A stretch of 64,000 nt of DNA from an uncultured Candidatus Saccharibacteria bacterium (GCA_964536485.1 CAZHXX010000001.1:149643-213642), one strand, 5' to 3'; shown: positions 51,858 through 62,581, numbered from the stretch's first letter. A program made the numbers and translations. The notes: generated by a model from the letters alone, not told the origin.

Positions 51858-53996
51858 ATGGAATCAGCAATCATCAACCCATTTGGGAAAACAGTGATGA
51901 GTGTATCAACCGAACTATGCGGTAAAACGCTTACGCTTGAAATCAACCGCGTCGGCTTTCGTAGTACCGCATCTGTACTTGCTCGTTATGGTGAGACAGT
52001 GGTGCTTGGTACGGCAATGGTGTCAAACCGCTCAGTGAGTGGGATGGACTATTTCCCGTTGAGTATTGATTATGAAGAAAAGTTTTATGCAGCCGGCAAG
52101 ATTAGCGGGTCGCGATTTATTAAGCGTGAAGGTCGCCCAAGTGAAGAAGCAATTCTTATTGGACGTATTATTGACCGCCCAATCCGCCCGTTATGGCCAA
52201 AGGGCTACCGCCAAGAAGTACAGGGCATCGCAACTGTCTTGAGCACTGACCCAGAATTTCGTCCAGATATGATTGCCATGATTGCGATGAGTACGGCATT
52301 TATGCTCACTGGTGCACCGTTTGACGGCCCAGTCGCAGGACTTAGAGTTGGTATTGACGAGAACGGTCAGCTTAAAGCCTTCATGAGTGCAAGTGAATAC
52401 GATGCAAGTAGACTTGACCTTGTCGTTGCGGGTACCGAGCAAGGCATTATGATGGTTGAAGCCGGTGCTAACGAAGTAACCGAAGCAGAAGTGATTGAGG
52501 CAATGAATTTTGCCCATGAAATGATGCAACCAGCAATTGCACTACAAAAAGAACTCGTTGCTAAAGTTGGTGTTACACCACTCGAATATGAGCTTATTAA
52601 GCCAAACGAAGACATTCAAGCGGCAGTAGACGCCTGGACGAACGGCAAGCTCGGTGCAAACTTACGTGCAGAATATCCAAAGCGCAATCAACTTGTTGAT
52701 GCACTGCGCGAAGAGATGCATGCTCATTTTGAAGCAGAGCTTGGCGAAGAAGAATATGCACTTTTGCGCAACGAATATGCAGAAGCATTCCAAATGAGTA
52801 TTCATGCAGACGTACGAAAAGGCATCGTGACAGAGCAGGTGCGTCCTGACGGCCGTCAGATGACCGACATCCGACCTCTTTCAAGTGAAGTAGGCTTTTT
52901 GCCACGTGCACACGGCTCAAGCTTATTTACTCGTGGTATGACTCAGGCTATGAACATAGTGACGCTTGCACCTCTCAGCTACGCCCAAATTGTTGACACT
53001 ATGGAGCGAGACAGTGAACGACGCTACATGCACCACTACAATGCCCCAGGCTGGACCGTTGGCGAAGTGAAGCGCCTTGGGTCTCCAGGACGTCGCGAAA
53101 TTGGTCATGGCTACCTCGCAGAGCGAGCTCTCTTGCCGATGTTGCCTGACGAAGCAGATTTTCCGTATGCAATTCGTAGCGTGACTGAAATTATGAGCCA
53201 GAACGGTTCTACGTCTATGGCAGCAACTTGTTCGTCTTGTATGGCGCTTTTGAATGCAGGTGTGCCGTTGAAGCGTCCAGTAAGCGGTATCGCGATGGGA
53301 CTTATGATGGATGGTGATACGCCGTTTATCTTGAGCGACATTGCTGATGCTGAAGATTTTGCGGGTGATATGGACTTTAAGGTGACGGGTACTGAAAATG
53401 GTATTACCGCACTGCAAATGGACATGAAAGTCCACGGCTTACCAACGAGCGTGCTTGCAAAGGCACTTGAGCAGGGTAAGCAGGGACGAGCACACATCTT
53501 ACAGCACATGCTAAGTGTGATTAACACACCTGGTGAAATGAGCCCGTATGCGCCACGAGTTGAAAGCATCAAGATTAACCCTGACAAGATCCGTGAAGTG
53601 ATTGGTAAGGGTGGCGAGACTATCCAAAAGATTACAGCAGAAACTGGTACCGAGATCGACATTAAAGACGACGGAACGGTGATGATCGCGAGCCCAGACA
53701 AAGAGAAGATTGAAGCTGCGATGCAGTGGATCCGCGACATTACTGAAGAGCCAGTCGTGGGAACAATTTATAAGGATCGACCAGTGGTGAGCGTTATGGA
53801 CTTTGGAGCTTTTGTGCAAATTTTGCCTGGAAAAGACGGGCTTGTGCATGTGAGCGAGATGAGTGAAGAGCGAGTTGAGAAGCCAAGTGATGTCGTGAAA
53901 GAGGGAGACAAAGTAACGGTAAAATTGGTTGCAATCGATGACAGAGGTCGTTTACAACTAAGCATGAAAGCTGCTGCACGAGAGCAGAAAAACTAA
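51858..53996 (+). CDS. pnp: polyribonucleotide nucleotidyltransferase (PNPase)
   Basis: Two RNase PH domains, then KH (GKGGETIQKI) and S1 domains. Confidence 0.95.
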   Translation: MESAIINPFGKTVMSVSTELCGKTLTLEINRVGFRSTASVLARYGETVVLGTAMVSNRSVSGMDYFPLSIDYEEKFYAAGKISGSRFIKREGRPSEEAILIGRIIDRPIRPLWPKGYRQEVQGIATVLSTDPEFRPDMIAMIAMSTAFMLTGAPFDGPVAGLRVGIDENGQLKAFMSASEYDASRLDLVVAGTEQGIMMVEAGANEVTEAEVIEAMNFAHEMMQPAIALQKELVAKVGVTPLEYELIKPNEDIQAAVDAWTNGKLGANLRAEYPKRNQLVDALREEMHAHFEAELGEEEYALLRNEYAEAFQMSIHADVRKGIVTEQVRPDGRQMTDIRPLSSEVGFLPRAHGSSLFTRGMTQAMNIVTLAPLSYAQIVDTMERDSERRYMHHYNAPGWTVGEVKRLGSPGRREIGHGYLAERALLPMLPDEADFPYAIRSVTEIMSQNGSTSMAATCSSCMALLNAGVPLKRPVSGIAMGLMMDGDTPFILSDIADAEDFAGDMDFKVTGTENGITALQMDMKVHGLPTSVLAKALEQGKQGRAHILQHMLSVINTPGEMSPYAPRVESIKINPDKIREVIGKGGETIQKITAETGTEIDIKDDGTVMIASPDKEKIEAAMQWIRDITEEPVVGTIYKDRPVVSVMDFGAFVQILPGKDGLVHVSEMSEERVEKPSDVVKEGDKVTVKLVAIDDRGRLQLSMKAAAREQKN

Positions 53997-54007
53997 GGGG
54001 GCAAGCG

Positions 54008-54250
54008 GTGGTACTAAGAGAGGGAAGAGTAGAGCTAACGACCGGCGAGACAATTTTCGCCCTGGTTGTGTTAGGAATAAGCGCCTATGTGTCGGCAAGC
54101 TGGGCAATAGGCAGCGGAAGCCTTGTTGGCTACGGCGTCGCCTTCCTAAGCGCCTATTACGGCGTCTACTTTTTGGCAAGACTCATCAAGAGAAATTACA
54201 TAGATAATGACAAAACAAGCAGAGCTCGAGCAGCTAAAAAAGCTCATTGA
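54008..54250 (+). CDS. small two-TM membrane protein, hypothetical
   Basis: GTG start, two hydrophobic helices. The 3' end overlaps the udg start in another frame. Confidence 0.35.
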   Translation: MVLREGRVELTTGETIFALVVLGISAYVSASWAIGSGSLVGYGVAFLSAYYGVYFLARLIKRNYIDNDKTSRARAAKKAH

Positions 54251-54791
54251 GACAAAGCGAGTGTGTCCTGAGCTGGCTGCTCAGGCCACCCAACTCGTGT
54301 TTGGGTCTGGAAACGTTGATGCTGATATCGTGTTTATCGGGGAGGCTCCTGGCAAGAATGAAGATTTGACTGGCGAGCCATTCGTGGGCGCTGCAGGAAA
54401 ATTTTTGAATGAAATGCTTGCAAGTGTCGGCTTGGAACGAGAGGACATTTACATTACAAACATCGTGAAGTACCGGCCCCCAGACAACAGGGATCCACTT
54501 CCAGAAGAGAAGACAGCTTTTTGGCCGTATCTTCTAAAACAATTGTCGATTATTAACCCAAAAGTTATCGTGACTCTTGGTCGTCATAGTGGGCAAGCCT
54601 TTTTACAAGACTTGCGCATAAGTGTCGATCATGGGCAACCAAAGCGCATAAAGGTCATGAGAGAAGGCAAAGAAGCATCATTGCTTATCCTTCCGCTCTA
54701 CCATCCAGCAGCGGCCCTATATAACGGAAGTTTACGCGAAACGTTACTGTCCGACTTCCAAATCGTCACAAAATTATTACAAGAAATCTAA
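54207..54791 (+). CDS. uracil-DNA glycosylase, family 4
   Basis: VFIGEAPGKNEDLTGEPFVGAAGKFL...HPAAALY. Confidence 0.88.
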   Translation: MTKQAELEQLKKLIETKRVCPELAAQATQLVFGSGNVDADIVFIGEAPGKNEDLTGEPFVGAAGKFLNEMLASVGLEREDIYITNIVKYRPPDNRDPLPEEKTAFWPYLLKQLSIINPKVIVTLGRHSGQAFLQDLRISVDHGQPKRIKVMREGKEASLLILPLYHPAAALYNGSLRETLLSDFQIVTKLLQEI

Positions 54792-54807
54792 AGGAGAAAT
54801 GAAATAA

Positions 54808-56880
54808 ATGAATCCAAAAAATAGAGGGAATGGCAACAGACCTCCTCAACAACAGAAACCTAAATCTGGCATTGATACAAAACCACGTCCAAAGACAACA
54901 GACCAAGCCCGAAGCGCCTCAAGAGGTGAAGCAATTAGAGCGCAACGACGTAGTCATGACGATGCCACGCGAATGATTAGCCAGTATAACCTTGCTGACG
55001 CACCAGACATGAACCAAATACGTCGTGCGAATCAGATCGATGACAGCCCACGCCTAAAAATCATCGGTCTTGGTGGTATGGACGGCGGTGGTTCGAAGAA
55101 TATGATGCTGGTTGAATACAAAGATGATGCAGTGGTGATTGACTGTGGGAGTGACCTCGGGGTTGACTTGCCGGGTATTAACTACGGTATCTGCGATATT
55201 AGCTACCTCGAGTCTATTAAGCACAAAGTGAAGGGGTATATCATCACGCATGGTCACCTTGACCATATTGGTGGGTTGCCTCATGTTGTCCCGCGGGTGC
55301 CGGCCCCAATCTATGGAAGTAGATTTACGATTGGCCGAGTCGAGGAAATTTTTAGTAACTTTGGACTTCCGATGCCCGAAGGCTTTAATTTGCAAACGGT
55401 CATTATGAATGAGCGAACGCATGAGAAGCTAAAAATTGGTGTCTTTTTTGTCGAACTTGTAGGGATTACCCATTCGATTCCAGGAAGTACTTGTGTGGTG
55501 CTAGATACTCCAGTGGGACGCATTATCAACACTGGTGACTTCCGTCTTGATCCAAACCCACTTGACCATGAAAAGACTGACAGTGATCGGCTTATGGAAC
55601 TTGGACGCGAAGGTGTGCTTGCACTTTTGAGCGAAAGTACCACCACCGAACGTCCTGGTCGAACACCGAGTGAAAGTACTATTGAGCAGAGCTATATCGA
55701 CGTCATGCAACGTTCATCTGGACGTGTTTTTGTGGCGGTCTTCTCGACAAATGTTAACCGTATTCAAATGATTGTGAATGCGGCGGTGCACCACAATCGC
55801 AAGATTGCTCTTGATGGAAGAAGCATGATGAGCACGCTTGAAATGGCAGTACGCAACGGCTTCATGAAGATTCCAAAGGGTACTTTTGTGCCTATTGCGA
55901 GTGTGCCAAACATGAAAGATAACGAAGTTATCGTGGTGTGCACTGGGTCGCAAGGTGAGCCTAACTCGGCGTTGCAACGTATGGCAGCGGGCGAGCACAA
56001 GCACGTGAAACTCAAAGAACAAGATACGGTCGTGCTTTCTAGTACACCAATTCCTGAGAGTGGTAACGATGCACTTATTGGGCGTATGGTTGACGATCTT
56101 ATGCGCATGGGCGTTCATGTCTTCCGTCACGAAACATACCAGATTGATGGCTGTGGTCCACTGCACGTTTCTGGACATGCGAGTATTGAAGAATATCGCG
56201 ACATGATTCAGATGCTTCAGCCAAAGTTCTTTATTCCAATTTATGGAAGCTATCGAAGTAAGAAGCGTCATATTGATATTGCGCTTGAAGAAGGTGTACC
56301 TCGTGCAAATACAGTAAATGCGGAGAATGGTCATATCATTGCGCTCACACAAGACAAGATGGAAATTATTGGCGAGATTCCTACGGGAACTACTTTGGTT
56401 GACCAAACTGGTGCCATTGTGAACAGCGTGGTGGTGAAAGACCGTGTCCTCTTAGCAGAAGAAGGCTTGGTAACCGTTATCTTGACGCTCGATAAAAAGA
56501 CCGGTCAGCTTATGACAAGCCCAGATATTATTAGTCGTGGGTTTATCTACATGCGTGACAATGAGGAACTTATGAACTTGTTCCGCGCAGAGCTAAAGCG
56601 AGCGGTATTGCAACGATTTAAACGTGTCGATCTAGACCGCTTTAAGGCCGAACTCAAAGACTATGTGACACACTTCCTCTACGAACAGACGCAACGAAGC
56701 CCGATTGTTATCCCAGTAGTGAATATTATTGGCGGTGGCAAGCCAGCAGGGAACGGCAAAGGAAACAATGGCAAGCCAGAAGCTCCAGAGAAAACCCCTG
56801 AGCAAGTTGCTGCAGAACAACAGAAGCGCTTTGCAGACATGCGCAAAGCCCTCCTCGGCCAAGACGCCCGCATCGACTAA
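54808..56880 (+). CDS. rnj: ribonuclease J
   Basis: Metallo-beta-lactamase HGHLDHIGG, beta-CASP domain, C-terminal domain. Basic N-terminal extension of ~75 aa. Confidence 0.92.
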   Translation: MNPKNRGNGNRPPQQQKPKSGIDTKPRPKTTDQARSASRGEAIRAQRRSHDDATRMISQYNLADAPDMNQIRRANQIDDSPRLKIIGLGGMDGGGSKNMMLVEYKDDAVVIDCGSDLGVDLPGINYGICDISYLESIKHKVKGYIITHGHLDHIGGLPHVVPRVPAPIYGSRFTIGRVEEIFSNFGLPMPEGFNLQTVIMNERTHEKLKIGVFFVELVGITHSIPGSTCVVLDTPVGRIINTGDFRLDPNPLDHEKTDSDRLMELGREGVLALLSESTTTERPGRTPSESTIEQSYIDVMQRSSGRVFVAVFSTNVNRIQMIVNAAVHHNRKIALDGRSMMSTLEMAVRNGFMKIPKGTFVPIASVPNMKDNEVIVVCTGSQGEPNSALQRMAAGEHKHVKLKEQDTVVLSSTPIPESGNDALIGRMVDDLMRMGVHVFRHETYQIDGCGPLHVSGHASIEEYRDMIQMLQPKFFIPIYGSYRSKKRHIDIALEEGVPRANTVNAENGHIIALTQDKMEIIGEIPTGTTLVDQTGAIVNSVVVKDRVLLAEEGLVTVILTLDKKTGQLMTSPDIISRGFIYMRDNEELMNLFRAELKRAVLQRFKRVDLDRFKAELKDYVTHFLYEQTQRSPIVIPVVNIIGGGKPAGNGKGNNGKPEAPEKTPEQVAAEQQKRFADMRKALLGQDARID

Positions 56881-56936
56881 GAATCCTTTAGGTGCTTATG
56901 CTTGCTTGCACTGTGCCGGTGGGGTAATCTTGAGTT

Positions 56937-57584
56937 ATGCCAAGTCGAAATCGAGCACGAGAAATAGCAAAATTTGGAGAAGTTAAGCAGTACGTTGGAT
57001 CTCCACCCAATAAGCAAACCGTAGTTGTTGGTCCAGAAGATCTCAGGCGGTTAAGTGCTGGAACTAGATGGTTATTTTCTTATCTTGATCGAATATTTGA
57101 GAGGAATGAGCCGAATTACCCGATGCTTAGGCAAAGTTCAAACGAGGTGTTGAGTTGGCATCTTACGAAGGTGGGTCACGACAAGAGAGAGTTTACTGCG
57201 ACTAGCAGTGGCCTACAGGCAGGTTTTTACCCTGATGCTTCTTCACCTGCTCGCGTGTGGTATAATCCGGGGGACGGTTTTAAATTTGCCATGAGAAGGT
57301 CTCTTGAAAGCGGAGCAGGAGAAGAGTCCATAAGACTTTCGCTTGTTGATCACAGGATTGTAGCAGGAGCTTATCGTTATTTTGACTACGCAACACCAGA
57401 TGAAGCACCTGCTCCTGATGCTGACTTTGCTTCTATAGAAGAAGCGCATCACCAAACGGTGTCGGGTCGTCTAGGTGTGTTACTAGGTTCTTTTCGAGAA
57501 ATGGTAAGTGACCCGACAGATCCTATTTATCTAACCCACTATGGCAGGAAGTTACCTCATAGACCACCTTCAGAGCTTCTTTAG
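56937..57584 (+). CDS. hypothetical protein (215 aa)
   Basis: ORF only. Confidence 0.5.
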   Translation: MPSRNRAREIAKFGEVKQYVGSPPNKQTVVVGPEDLRRLSAGTRWLFSYLDRIFERNEPNYPMLRQSSNEVLSWHLTKVGHDKREFTATSSGLQAGFYPDASSPARVWYNPGDGFKFAMRRSLESGAGEESIRLSLVDHRIVAGAYRYFDYATPDEAPAPDADFASIEEAHHQTVSGRLGVLLGSFREMVSDPTDPIYLTHYGRKLPHRPPSELL

Positions 57585-57716
57585 TTTTCTGTTTGTTGCG
57601 ACGAAAAGAACTCAAGGACTGTGCGAGATTGATGTAAGTGACTAACTCGACCTCTCATAACTAGACAAAATTAATAAAATGTGATAATATTTACTTATTA
57701 AGTAAGTAAAACAAAA

Positions 57717-58985
57717 ATGACAGATGAAAATCGACAACCGGTTGACGGTTCAGATCCATATTCAATTAGTAACCCTAGCAATCCAAACTTAAATAATAAT
57801 ATTGATCAACGTTTTGATAGGGATGAGTTTGAACTTGCAGACCCACTAGAGCTTGGTAACTTTAACTATAGTTTGTCTCAGCGTATAGAGCAGCTAGCTG
57901 GAGCTCAAGGAGTTGTTCAAACATTAGAAAATGTATTTTTGGACAATGATGCCCCTTTGAGCGACGAACCATTGGATGAGTCAGTTCAAGTTATGGAGCG
58001 TACTGAAAGCCGAAAAGGCGAACCTCCCTCCACTATAAAAGATGTCATCTTAAGATTCTCAGAAACACAAGAAGAGGGGGGCATTAGGGATGTAGCTATT
58101 CACTATGATGATGAGGAAGTCTTCCCCGTATTGCAGATAAATGGTGTTTCACGTTACCCACTAGGTGAAGATAGAATAACGGACGATGAAGCTGACTATA
58201 TAAAAAGTAGACTTTACCCGATTTTGAATCCTGTCAGCGAAAAACCACTAGAGCAAATGACTCCTAGCCAGAGATATTTTGTTGATGCTCTTCGATTGGT
58301 TGCTACGTTTGTTTCAGGAGAAGGTAGCTCAGAAGATATAGAAAGTTTTTTCGTCAGAGTACTTAATTCGGGTGAATCTGGTGTAAGTCGGGTTAAATAC
58401 TCTAGCTTTGATGCTTCAGTAACTGATGAAGAAGGTAGACAATTTGATCTCCATCATTATCGTTCGGAGGGGCATCTATTTAATAGTGGAGTAGTCGTGG
58501 AAGATGGAGTAATGGTGCACGCCTATCCTGGCAATGGTCGAAAAGATGAGCAGCTATTGCTTAAGTATATCAACGAGGAAAGAACAGAGGATAATATCGA
58601 TGATCTCATTGATGCTATACCAGATTATTTGCGTGATGAAGAAGATGAAATATCTAGTGAGCGAAAAACTGTCAGGTTTTACGATACAGATCCGCACACC
58701 CCAAGAGAAGGAATAGAGCTTAGTGCAGATGAGCGAGAAAAGAGAGCCAAACTTGGGGGTGCAGTTGCTGGCTTTTTGACAGAAACTCGTGGAGAATTCT
58801 TGGAAGAAGTAACAGATAGTTCTCTACCAAAAGATTCTGAAGGAAAAGCTCAAGTCTGGGACGAATTATCACCTTTTGAAGCAAGAATTATTGACGAAAA
58901 AACGCGTGTTGCCCTAGGAGTGGACGCTATCACTACTTCAAAACTGAAAAGATTAAGGAATGAGCTAGCCTTTGTTGTGTCCTAG
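57717..58985 (+). CDS. acidic hypothetical protein (422 aa)
   Basis: AT-rich, Asp/Glu-rich ORF. GATAAT box and a palindrome lie upstream. Confidence 0.6.
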   Translation: MTDENRQPVDGSDPYSISNPSNPNLNNNIDQRFDRDEFELADPLELGNFNYSLSQRIEQLAGAQGVVQTLENVFLDNDAPLSDEPLDESVQVMERTESRKGEPPSTIKDVILRFSETQEEGGIRDVAIHYDDEEVFPVLQINGVSRYPLGEDRITDDEADYIKSRLYPILNPVSEKPLEQMTPSQRYFVDALRLVATFVSGEGSSEDIESFFVRVLNSGESGVSRVKYSSFDASVTDEEGRQFDLHHYRSEGHLFNSGVVVEDGVMVHAYPGNGRKDEQLLLKYINEERTEDNIDDLIDAIPDYLRDEEDEISSERKTVRFYDTDPHTPREGIELSADEREKRAKLGGAVAGFLTETRGEFLEEVTDSSLPKDSEGKAQVWDELSPFEARIIDEKTRVALGVDAITTSKLKRLRNELAFVVS

Positions 58986-59036
58986 TGTCTTTGGGTTTAA
59001 CACCAAAAACAGGAGTAGATTAGCAGGAATAGTTTC

Positions 59037-59066
59037 TTGACAAAGCATAAGCGATTATGTTAAAAT
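59037..59066 (+). promoter_or_regulatory. candidate promoter of ftsK
   Basis: TTGACA (59037-59042), 18-nt spacer, TAAAAT (59061-59066), with TG upstream. Confidence 0.45.
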
Positions 59067-59113
59067 AACAACGTTAGCATAGCACCGTATGAAAGGTGTA
59101 AAATAAAAACCTA

Positions 59114-61306
59114 ATGGCTAAAAAGAAAAAACACTCAAAAAAAGCACCATCACGTAAACATGCAGAGGTTCCTCAGGAGCCTAATATGTTCCTGCGCGGG
59201 GTGTTTACGGTGCTTTTTTTTGTGCTTGGCTTCTTCCTACTTCTCGGCGGGTTTGGAGCTGGGGGAGCACTTCCAAAGGGGATGTTTAATGCTGTTTACG
59301 AAGTATTGGGCGGTGGTGCGTATTTAGTGCCTGTGGCACTTGGTTTCTGGGGCTTCTATAAGGCAAAGACAGAAGAGCACAAAGTTCCTTTCATGAAGAT
59401 TGCAAGCATGGGGACGCTGCTCGTTATAACGGCAACATGGCTCGAGACAATTACGGCAGAATCAGTGGCTGGGTCTGATGGGGGCACCTCATGGATTAAC
59501 GGGAAGGGTGGTGCAATTGGCGGGCTTATCGGCGGAATTGCACTTGGCTTTTTTGCAAAGCTTTTGGCGATCGTTATATTTTTTGCCCTTACAATTTTGG
59601 CGGCTTGCTGGACGTTTAAAATCCCACTTCGCGTCTTTTTGTTGCCATTTAAGCGTGCTGAGCGAGGTGAAGATACTGATATTAGCGAGCTTAAAGAGAA
59701 ATCACATGGCTTCCAGCTCAATGAAGGCGTGCCTGTAGAGCACAATAGCCCACAAAGAAGCAGTCTCAAAAATAGTGTTTCTGCACGTCTTGCGCCAGAA
59801 GAAAACCACCAGGCGCTCACTGAAGCGCGTGACCCAAACTGGCAGTTCCCAACTACTGACTTACTTATCAAAAAGCAGGATAAGGCAGATGCCGGTGATG
59901 TGAACGGCAACGCAGATATTATTAAAGATACGTTTGAGAACTTTAACATTGATGTTGAGATGGAAGGGGCAAACATTGGCCCGCGGGTCACACAGTTTAC
60001 ACTCAAACCACCAGCCGGTATTAAGCTGAGTAAAATTTCTGCACTTGATCGTGAGTTGGCATTAAACTTAGCAGCACAAAGTATTCGTATTGAAGCACCT
60101 ATTCCTGGAAAGCGCGCGGTAGGTATCGAGGTGCCAAACGTGAAAGCCGCAACGGTACGTATGTCTGGCGTGCTTGACGATAAGGTATGGAAGAGCATGA
60201 ACGAGCCACTTGGCTTTGCGATTGGCCGAGATATTGCTGGTCTACCCGTTGTTGCGGCACTGAACAAGATGCCTCACTTACTGATTGCTGGGCAGACCGG
60301 CTCTGGTAAGTCGGTGATGATAAATACTTTGCTCACAAGCCTTCTCTATAACAATAGCCCGGCGGATTTGAAACTTATTTTGGTTGACCCAAAGCAAGTT
60401 GAGCTGACACCGTATAACGATATTCCACACCTCCTTACACCGGTGATTACCGAGCCAGAAAAATGTATTAGTGCGCTAAAGTGGGCAGTATCTGAGATGG
60501 AACGACGCTTGCGCACCTTTGCCGAGCATCACAAACGTAACATTGCCGAGTACAACAACCTAGCCGACCAAGATTCGATGCCGTATATCGTGATTGTGAT
60601 TGATGAGCTTGCCGACCTTATGATGATGGCCGCACGTGACGTTGAAGCTCTGATTGTGCGTATCGCGCAGAAAGCGCGTGCTGCTGGTATTCATTTGGTG
60701 CTTGCGACACAGCGTCCGAGTGTTGACGTTATCACCGGGCTTATTAAAGCAAACGTGCCTGCACGAATTGCCTTTACTGTTGCGAGCCAAATTGATTCCC
60801 GCACTATCATAGACGGTATGGGGGCAGAGAAGCTGCTCGGTATGGGTGACATGTTGTTTAGCACTTCTGATATGCCAAAACCAAAGCGTGTGCAGGGTGC
60901 GTTTATCACCGATGAAGAAACGGTGAAAGTGAACGATTTCTTGCGCATGCAACGACCTCCACAGTATGACGACGAAGTGGTCAGCCAGCCAGTGCAACTA
61001 AACGGCAAAGGTGGCGTTCTACCTGATAGTGGCCCAAGCGAAGGAGACGACGATATGTGGCGAGATGCGGTGCATGTGGTGGTGGAGAATCGCAAGGCAA
61101 GTACTTCGCTTTTGCAACGACGTTTGCGCATTGGGTATGGTCGTGCCTCAAGACTTATAGACATGATGGAAGAGCAAGGAATTGTGAGCTCTGCAGACGG
61201 TAGTAAGCCACGCGATGTACTGATTTCTAGCATGGACGACGTGTTTGGTGGCAGTAGCACAAGTGGCGTGGCAGCTGAAGAAGACGCCGCCCTTGATGAA
61301 TTGTAG
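59114..61306 (+). CDS. ftsK: DNA translocase FtsK
   Basis: N-terminal TM helices, linker, motor domain with GQTGSGKSV and VIVIDELAD, gamma wHTH domain (LLQRRLRIGYGRA). Confidence 0.95.
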   Translation: MAKKKKHSKKAPSRKHAEVPQEPNMFLRGVFTVLFFVLGFFLLLGGFGAGGALPKGMFNAVYEVLGGGAYLVPVALGFWGFYKAKTEEHKVPFMKIASMGTLLVITATWLETITAESVAGSDGGTSWINGKGGAIGGLIGGIALGFFAKLLAIVIFFALTILAACWTFKIPLRVFLLPFKRAERGEDTDISELKEKSHGFQLNEGVPVEHNSPQRSSLKNSVSARLAPEENHQALTEARDPNWQFPTTDLLIKKQDKADAGDVNGNADIIKDTFENFNIDVEMEGANIGPRVTQFTLKPPAGIKLSKISALDRELALNLAAQSIRIEAPIPGKRAVGIEVPNVKAATVRMSGVLDDKVWKSMNEPLGFAIGRDIAGLPVVAALNKMPHLLIAGQTGSGKSVMINTLLTSLLYNNSPADLKLILVDPKQVELTPYNDIPHLLTPVITEPEKCISALKWAVSEMERRLRTFAEHHKRNIAEYNNLADQDSMPYIVIVIDELADLMMMAARDVEALIVRIAQKARAAGIHLVLATQRPSVDVITGLIKANVPARIAFTVASQIDSRTIIDGMGAEKLLGMGDMLFSTSDMPKPKRVQGAFITDEETVKVNDFLRMQRPPQYDDEVVSQPVQLNGKGGVLPDSGPSEGDDDMWRDAVHVVVENRKASTSLLQRRLRIGYGRASRLIDMMEEQGIVSSADGSKPRDVLISSMDDVFGGSSTSGVAAEEDAALDEL

Positions 61307-61321
61307 AAAAACAGGTATAAT
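61293..61321 (+). promoter_or_regulatory. candidate promoter of the rpsF operon
   Basis: TTGATG, 17-nt spacer, TATAAT (61316-61321). The leader contains the hairpin GATTGTGAA...TTCGCAATC. Confidence 0.45.
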
Positions 61322-61396
61322 TACTCCTACAAACAACTAATTTCTGATTGTGAATCTTAGTTCGCAATCCGAAGACCAAAGAAAGGAGTTCCAGCT

Positions 61397-61783
61397 ATGG
61401 AGCAGTATGAACTAGCAGTGTTGTTTCATCCTGATCTAGAAATCGATCTAGAAAAGGCTGAAAAGCAAGTTGCAAAACTCGTTACTGATGCAGGCGGAAG
61501 CATTACGGCAACTGATAACTGGGGGAAGCGCAAGCTTGCCTACAAGATTGCCGGGCACGAACACGCTGTGTATGTTTTCTATACACTCGAGTTGCCAGCA
61601 AGTGGTGTTTCGCCACTTAACAATGGCTTGAATATCGTGAGCGAAGTGATTCGTTTCTTGATTACAAAGCCAGATCTTAAAGCTATTGCAAAAGCAGAAG
61701 CTATGAAGACGAACCGCGATAAGCGTTTGAGCCAAATGGGCGCAAACGAAACCGATTCTGACGACGAAACTGAAGAAGAGTAG
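61397..61783 (+). CDS. rpsF: 30S ribosomal protein S6
   Basis: YELAVLFHPDLE...WGKRKLAYKI. Acidic tail. AAGGAG upstream. Confidence 0.93.
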   Translation: MEQYELAVLFHPDLEIDLEKAEKQVAKLVTDAGGSITATDNWGKRKLAYKIAGHEHAVYVFYTLELPASGVSPLNNGLNIVSEVIRFLITKPDLKAIAKAEAMKTNRDKRLSQMGANETDSDDETEEE

Positions 61784-61796
61784 AGAAAGGGGTGTA

Positions 61797-61880
61797 GGCT
61801 TTACGCCTATTGTCCCCTGACACCGTTTCGGCTCTGCCTGCACTACGCTTGTAGTGTCAGAGAACAAAAGGCGTAAAGCC
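61797..61880 (+). other. 84-nt extended hairpin between rpsF and ssb
   Basis: GGCTTTACGCC/GGCGTAAAGCC (11 bp) closes CTGACAC.../GTGTCAG and CACTAC-GCTT-GTAGTG. Confidence 0.5.
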
Positions 61881-61940
61881 CGACGAAGCGAGGTGGTAAA
61901 ATGAGATTGTAAAACGACGAAGAACTTTTAGGAGGGTATA

Positions 61941-62396
61941 ATGCGAGGATTTAACAAAGTAGTGCTAATGGGGAACCTAACGCGTGACCCAGAATTGCGC
62001 ACGACGCCAAACGGACAGAATGTTGCAAGCTTTAGCTTGGCAGTAAACCGAAGTTGGAAAAATGCCAATGGTGAGCAACAAGAAGCGGTTGATTATATTG
62101 ACTGCAACATTTGGGGCAAGCCGGCAGAAATCATTACGCAGTACATGAAAAAGGGGAGTGGCATACTTGTATCTGGGCGTTTGCAACAACGTTCATGGGA
62201 GCAAGAAGGCCAGAAGCGAAGTAAGGTTGAAGTTGTTGTAGAAGACTTTAACTTTGTGGGCGGAGATAGAGATGGGGGAGCACCAAGTGGTGGCTCGTCT
62301 AGCTCTAGCAGCGCACCAGCTTCTTCAAAGAAGAGTGAACCAGTGGTTGAAGATATTGGCGATGAGCCAATCAATTTAGACGACATTCCTTTTTAA
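61941..62396 (+). CDS. ssb: single-stranded DNA-binding protein
   Basis: OB fold (NKVVLMGNLTRDPELR), Gly/Ser tail ending DDIPF. Confidence 0.95.
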   Translation: MRGFNKVVLMGNLTRDPELRTTPNGQNVASFSLAVNRSWKNANGEQQEAVDYIDCNIWGKPAEIITQYMKKGSGILVSGRLQQRSWEQEGQKRSKVEVVVEDFNFVGGDRDGGAPSGGSSSSSSAPASSKKSEPVVEDIGDEPINLDDIPF

Positions 62397-62415
62397 CAAT
62401 TACCTCGTTGCACGC

Positions 62416-62497
62416 TTTGGGCGCTGGCCTGCGTCAAAAAGCTTCGCCGTAGCTATATACTACGACTTCAGCTTTTGTGCTCAGCCATCATCCCAAA
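62416..62497 (+). other. ~82-nt imperfect hairpin downstream of ssb
   Basis: TTTGGG/CCCAAA, AAAAGCT/AGCTTTT and CGTAG-CTATATA-CTACG. Confidence 0.4.
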
Positions 62498-62581
62498 TCG
62501 CACTAACGATCTAACTGTTAAAAAATTTTTAGAGACACGGTTGGTTTATATCTGACTTTGAAGAGCTAGTAAGGAGAGAAT

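Noticed and set aside
2274-60267. Long antisense or shadow ORFs inside conserved genes, for example 2274..3212(-) in valS, 20012..20704(-) in the photolyase-like gene, 33087..33953(-) in polA, 49741..50253(-) in the Pro-rich gene, 53111..53740(-) in pnp, 55714..56406(-) in rnj and 59356..60267(-) in ftsK.
   Set aside because: Each lies wholly within a strongly supported gene on the opposite strand and has low-complexity, unrecognisable translations. These are typical frame shadows.
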